Part shown: piece by piece, positions 59,998 to 64,000 of the stretch | Layout of the letters: the number at the start of each line of letters is the position of its first letter | How positions within the stretch are numbered: position 1 is the first letter of the stretch | DNA from: Candidatus Methylomirabilia bacterium | GTDB taxonomy: Bacteria; Methylomirabilota; Methylomirabilia; Rokubacteriales; CSP1-6 | Assembly (NCBI GenBank): GCA_046758965.1 | Contig: JBHIBG010000001.1 | Location: 83,914-147,913 of the forward strand | Length of the DNA stretch: 64,000 bases | Direction: 5' to 3' | Position numbers and translations under genes: made by a program | Notes under the pieces: model-generated | What the model saw: only the letters and a program-made list of their open reading frames with translations | The model's database searches: none | Told to the model about the DNA's origin: nothing

Positions 59998-62250
59998 CTA
60001 AAACGGCGTACCGACGGAAAAGTGGAACTGGCTCTCATCCTCGCCGGCTCGTTGATCCAAATTGAATCCCCAGTCCAGCCGGACCGGTCCAAACGGTGAC
60101 TGCCAGCGGATCCCGACTCCGGCCGCCTCGCGCGTGTCCGTAAGGTCGAAGTCTGTGCCGGAGCCGTAAACGTTCCCCACGTCGAAGAACGCGGCCAGCC
60201 TGAGCCCGAAACCCAACGGGATAAGGTGCTCCACGTTCAGCAACACCTCACTGTCGCCCCCGATACGAGCCCCGGCTGCATCTCGGGGTGAGATGTCGCG
60301 GAAATCCACGCTCCGGATCGAGTTGGGACCGCCCAGGAAGAAGCGCTCGAACAGCGGCAGGTCGTCGCTGCCGAATCCGAACCCATGCCCCGCTTCTACG
60401 CGACCGGCGAGAATCGTGCCGAAGAGCACAGGGTAGAAGTAGGACAGCTGCCCGACGGTCTTAAAGAACCGGTTGTCGCCCCCGAGGCCTGCCACCTCGT
60501 TGATCAGGCTCATCCGGCCACCCTTCGTGGGGACGAAGACGTTGTCGCGGGTATCCCAGGTCATGCTCGCCGTCACCTGGGAGGTGGTCGAGCTCCCTGC
60601 CGCGGCCCGAAGGACGCTACTGGCCGAGGTGGCCACGTCCGAGATCTCGTCCTCGGTGAACCGGTAGGTGAGATGCCATCGCCAGAACTCCATGAACGGA
60701 TGGCTCAGTCGGAGATCCCCGCCCAGGCTGTCCACACTGAAATCGGTGAACTGACGGCGGTTGTTGAACACATCAAACCCCGCGGCAAGCGGGCGATCAA
60801 ACAGCCAGGGCTCCGTAAAGCCGATGGTGCCCTGCTGGACATCCGCGCCGCCCCGGATCTGGAGAAACAGTTCCCATCCCTTGCCGAGGAAGTTCCGTTG
60901 CGAGAGGTCAAGGGTCCCGATCAGGCCATCCACGGAGCTGAAGCCACCGCCGATGCTGAACAGGCCGGTGGCGCGTTCGGTGACGTCGATGTTCACCACG
61001 ATCTTGCTCTTGTCCGAGCCCGGGGCTGTGGAGACGTTTACGCGTTCGAAGTAGCCCAGGTTGATCAGCTTCTGACGGGCCCGATCCAGCTGCTGGGTGG
61101 TGAAGAGGTCCCCCTCGGCCAGCGGGACTTCGCGCCGCAGGATCTTCTCTTCGCTTCGCACGTTCCCGCTGATGTTGATTCGCTCGACAAACACTTCCGG
61201 ACCCTCGGCGATCTCCAAGGTGACGCCGACTGTTTTCGCGGCAGGGTCCGAGCGCGTGATCGGGTTCACCTCGACGGCGGCGTGGCCGATCTTGCCGTAG
61301 AGCCTTCTGATGCCCCGCACAGTCTCGCGGAGCTTCGATCGAGAGAAGACCTCTCCGGGTACCAGCGTGATTTGCCGCCGGACCTCTTTCTCAGGCAAGA
61401 CGCTGGTCCCCGCCACCTCCACCTCCCCAACCGCGAACTGGGGGCCTTCGACTACGACAATCTTGATAGTGGCCTGCGCCTCTTGGGGGTCGACGATGAC
61501 GTCGTGGGACTCCACTCGGGCCTGGATGTAGCCGTGGTCATGGTAGAGGGCAAGGATTCGCTCGAGGTCCTCTTCCAGCCGCTGGCGCTGGACGATGCCG
61601 CGGAGGATGAAGTACTGCCGCTCCCGCGTGGCCATCACCCGCTTGATCTGTCGGGGGGTGAGACTCTCGGCCCCCTCGATGACAATGCGCGCGATCTTAA
61701 TCTTGCGCCCCTCCTGGATCCTGAACACCAGCTTAACGTCCCCCTCAGCCAGCACTTCGGATTCAGGGGTGATCTGGACCTCGAAGAAGCCCTGCTCCTC
61801 GTAGTGGGTCTTGAGCTTCTCCAGGGCTTGCCGGACCCCAACCGGATTGTAGATGGTGCCAACTTTGAGCTCGATCTGCTCCCGCAGGGCGTCGGTTTTG
61901 ATGCGCCGGTTCCCGGCGAACTCGATGTCCCGGATGAACGGCCGTTCGGTCACCACGAAGGTTACCTTGAGGCCTCCCTCGAATTCCTCGACTTTGAGCT
62001 CGACGTCCTCAAAGAACCCGAGGGCGAAGATAGCGCGGATATCTTCGGCCAGTCGAGCCGGGACAAACGGGGAGCCGACCGTCGTCTGGACTTGGCCGAG
62101 GATCACCGCCTCTTGGATCCGACGGTTCCCCTCCACCGCCAGCTCCCTGACGATGATGGGACGCTCCTCCGCCTGGGGACGTGCCCCGAATAGGGTAATG
62201 CCGAGCAGGGCAAAAAAAATGGAGAGAAACACTCTCCCCCCTCTGGACAT
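59998..62250 (-). CDS. bamA: Outer membrane protein assembly factor BamA
   Basis: POTRA repeats, NFLGKG, FTEPW, GGPNSIRS, WQSPFGPVR, C-terminal Phe. Confidence 0.95.
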   Translation of the reverse strand: MSRGGRVFLSIFFALLGITLFGARPQAEERPIIVRELAVEGNRRIQEAVILGQVQTTVGSPFVPARLAEDIRAIFALGFFEDVELKVEEFEGGLKVTFVVTERPFIRDIEFAGNRRIKTDALREQIELKVGTIYNPVGVRQALEKLKTHYEEQGFFEVQITPESEVLAEGDVKLVFRIQEGRKIKIARIVIEGAESLTPRQIKRVMATRERQYFILRGIVQRQRLEEDLERILALYHDHGYIQARVESHDVIVDPQEAQATIKIVVVEGPQFAVGEVEVAGTSVLPEKEVRRQITLVPGEVFSRSKLRETVRGIRRLYGKIGHAAVEVNPITRSDPAAKTVGVTLEIAEGPEVFVERINISGNVRSEEKILRREVPLAEGDLFTTQQLDRARQKLINLGYFERVNVSTAPGSDKSKIVVNIDVTERATGLFSIGGGFSSVDGLIGTLDLSQRNFLGKGWELFLQIRGGADVQQGTIGFTEPWLFDRPLAAGFDVFNNRRQFTDFSVDSLGGDLRLSHPFMEFWRWHLTYRFTEDEISDVATSASSVLRAAAGSSTTSQVTASMTWDTRDNVFVPTKGGRMSLINEVAGLGGDNRFFKTVGQLSYFYPVLFGTILAGRVEAGHGFGFGSDDLPLFERFFLGGPNSIRSVDFRDISPRDAAGARIGGDSEVLLNVEHLIPLGFGLRLAAFFDVGNVYGSGTDFDLTDTREAAGVGIRWQSPFGPVRLDWGFNLDQRAGEDESQFHFSVGTPF

Positions 62251-62288
62251 AGGCCGAAGAGTACTCCTCTCCGTTGGGGTAAGCGATC

Positions 62289-64000
62289 TCAGTGCTCGGC
62301 TAGCTCGAGGGGGGTCTCCGCCGGCTCCTGTTCCCGAAGGACGAAGCTCTCCCCGTCACCGCCTACCTCGATCTGGGCCCCTTCAGAAAACTGCCCTCGT
62401 ACGATAGCCTCCGCAAGGGGATCCTCGATGTGCTTCTGGATTGTGCGGCGCAGTTGGCGCGCCCCGTAGGTCGGATCGTAGCCCTTGCGGAGCACTAGGT
62501 CCTCGGCTCCGGCCGTCAACGCGATCCGAATCCCCTTGTCGCCCAGTTGTTTGTTAATCTGGTTGACCATGAGACGGATAATTCCCTTGATGTGGTCCGG
62601 GGAGAGCGAATGGAACACGATGATATCGTCGATCCGGTTGAGGAACTCGGGGCGGAATGCCCGCTTGAGTTCCTCCATCACCCGATCCTTCATTCTCTCG
62701 TACGATTCCGCCTCGTCCCCCTTGAGGAAGCCGGGAGCCGTACGCTTGCTGATCAGCTGCGTCCCTAGGTTGGAGGTCATGATCAGGATGGTGTTCTTGA
62801 AGTCCACCACGTGCCCGAGCGAATCGGAGAGCCGCCCATCGTCGAGCACCTGGAGCAGCATGTTGAAAATGTCTGGGTGAGCCTTCTCGATCTCGTCGAA
62901 GAGGACCACCGAGTACGGCCGGCGGCGGACTTTCTCGGTTAGCAACCCCCCCTCTTCATAGCCCACATAGCCGGGAGGGGCCCCGAGGAGCCGAGACACG
63001 GAGAACTTCTCCATGTACTCGGACATATCGATGCGGATCAGCGCGTTCTCGTCGCCGAAGAGAAACTCGGCGAGCGCACGGGCGAGTTCCGTCTTCCCGA
63101 CTCCGGTGGGCCCGAGGAAGACGAAGGATCCCACGGGTCGCCTGACGTCTTTGAGGCCGGCCCGGGAGCGCCGGATGGCTTTGGAGATCGCCGCGATGGC
63201 ATCCTCTTGGCCGATGATCCTCGCGTGGAGGGCCTCCTCCATGCGCGCCAGCTTCTGCGACTCCTTTTCTTCCAACTTCGCCAGGGGGATGCCAGTCCAG
63301 CGCGAAACGATGTACTCGATGTCCTCTTCACCGACGGACGCCGAGGCCTTGCCCTTGTGCTTTTCCCAGTCTCGCTTGAGCTGGTCGTCCCGGCTGCGAA
63401 GATGCTTTTCCTTCTCGCGAAGGGAGGCGGCCTTTTCGAACTCCTGAGCTTCCAGGTACATATCCTTCTCCCGCACGACCCGCTCGATTTCCTTCTCGAC
63501 CTCCTTGATCTCGGGCGGCGGGGTCATGGCCATCAGGCGGGTTCGCGAGGATGCCTCGTCGATCACGTCGATGGCCTTGTCCGGGAGCTGTCGATCGGTG
63601 ATGTAGCGATCGGCCAGCTTGACGGCGGCATCAATAGCCTCGTCTGTGATCTTCACTCGGTGGTGGGCCTCGTACCTGTGCCGAAGCCCTCTGATGATCT
63701 CGATGGCCTCGGGCACCGAGGGCGGACGGACGATGATGGGCTGGAAGCGTCGCTCGAGCGCCCCGTCCTTCTCGATATACTTCCGGTACTCGTCGAGGGT
63801 GGTGGCGCCGATGGTCTGGATCTCCCCCCGACTGAGTGCGGGCTTCAGCATGTTGGAGGCATCAATGGCCCCCTCGGCAGCCCCGGCACCGATCAGCGTG
63901 TGGAGCTCGTCGAGGAACAGGATCACGTTCTCGGACTGGCGGATTTCCTTCATCACCGCCTTGAGCCTCTCCTCGAACTGTCCCCGGTACTTGGTTCCGG
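62289..64000 (-). CDS. clpC: Clp ATPase ClpC (5' end outside the window)
   Basis: [28 protein letters not shown]-like M domain ([11 protein letters not shown]), [15 protein letters not shown]. Confidence 0.92.
   Translation of the reverse strand, partial: GTKYRGQFEERLKAVMKEIRQSENVILFLDELHTLIGAGAAEGAIDASNMLKPALSRGEIQTIGATTLDEYRKYIEKDGALERRFQPIIVRPPSVPEAIEIIRGLRHRYEAHHRVKITDEAIDAAVKLADRYITDRQLPDKAIDVIDEASSRTRLMAMTPPPEIKEVEKEIERVVREKDMYLEAQEFEKAASLREKEKHLRSRDDQLKRDWEKHKGKASASVGEEDIEYIVSRWTGIPLAKLEEKESQKLARMEEALHARIIGQEDAIAAISKAIRRSRAGLKDVRRPVGSFVFLGPTGVGKTELARALAEFLFGDENALIRIDMSEYMEKFSVSRLLGAPPGYVGYEEGGLLTEKVRRRPYSVVLFDEIEKAHPDIFNMLLQVLDDGRLSDSLGHVVDFKNTILIMTSNLGTQLISKRTAPGFLKGDEAESYERMKDRVMEELKRAFRPEFLNRIDDIIVFHSLSPDHIKGIIRLMVNQINKQLGDKGIRIALTAGAEDLVLRKGYDPTYGARQLRRTIQKHIEDPLAEAIVRGQFSEGAQIEVGGDGESFVLREQEPAETPLELAEH

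Noticed and set aside
60385..62193. 602-aa plus-strand ORF
   Set aside because: Antisense shadow of bamA with no recognisable domain.

Overview
GC-rich (roughly two-thirds G+C by eye) bacterial chromosome segment from a diderm, LPS-making organism. Gene content, order and a REP-like hairpin are reminiscent of Candidatus Rokubacteria/Methylomirabilota; this is inference, not verified. Positions ~16.5-64 kb are one uninterrupted minus-strand run of housekeeping genes: clpC, bamA-skp-lpxD-lpxA-gnnA-like-lpxI-lpxB-DUF374-waaA-lpxK-waaF, five GT4s, gmhB-hldA-hldC-waaC-GT2, trpS-scpAB-rluB, pheA-hisC-tyrA-aroA-cmk-plsC-rpsA-sppA-ihfB, HIT-mutS-mutL-miaA-hflX-pgsA-der, DUF3047, SPOR, cutA, ihfA, merR. 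Positions ~0.65-16.5 kb are accessory DNA that splits the usual ihfA-merR-tRNA-Pro-surE neighbourhood. An intact tRNA-Pro(GGG) (2675-2751) is flanked by relics of both of its halves. A decayed 3' half (649-696) closes a 2 kb gentisate-dioxygenase-like/DoxX mini-island. A decayed 5' piece (3597-3616) closes a deleted tyrosine-integrase gene, which suggests an unusual 5'-end tRNA integration with an element-supplied promoter. Next come a class III nucleotide cyclase-TPR gene with atypical specificity residues and an intact six-gene catabolic operon (ATP-dependent hydantoinase/oxoprolinase A+B, SDR, xanthine-dehydrogenase-family M/S/L) of unknown substrate, flanked by pseudogenised dehydratase and polyamine-type ABC genes. 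The lipid A cluster points to a Leptospira-like diamino-sugar (GlcN3N) lipid A. No CRISPR array, rRNA or intact mobile element was seen. All calls come from motif recognition; no searches were run.
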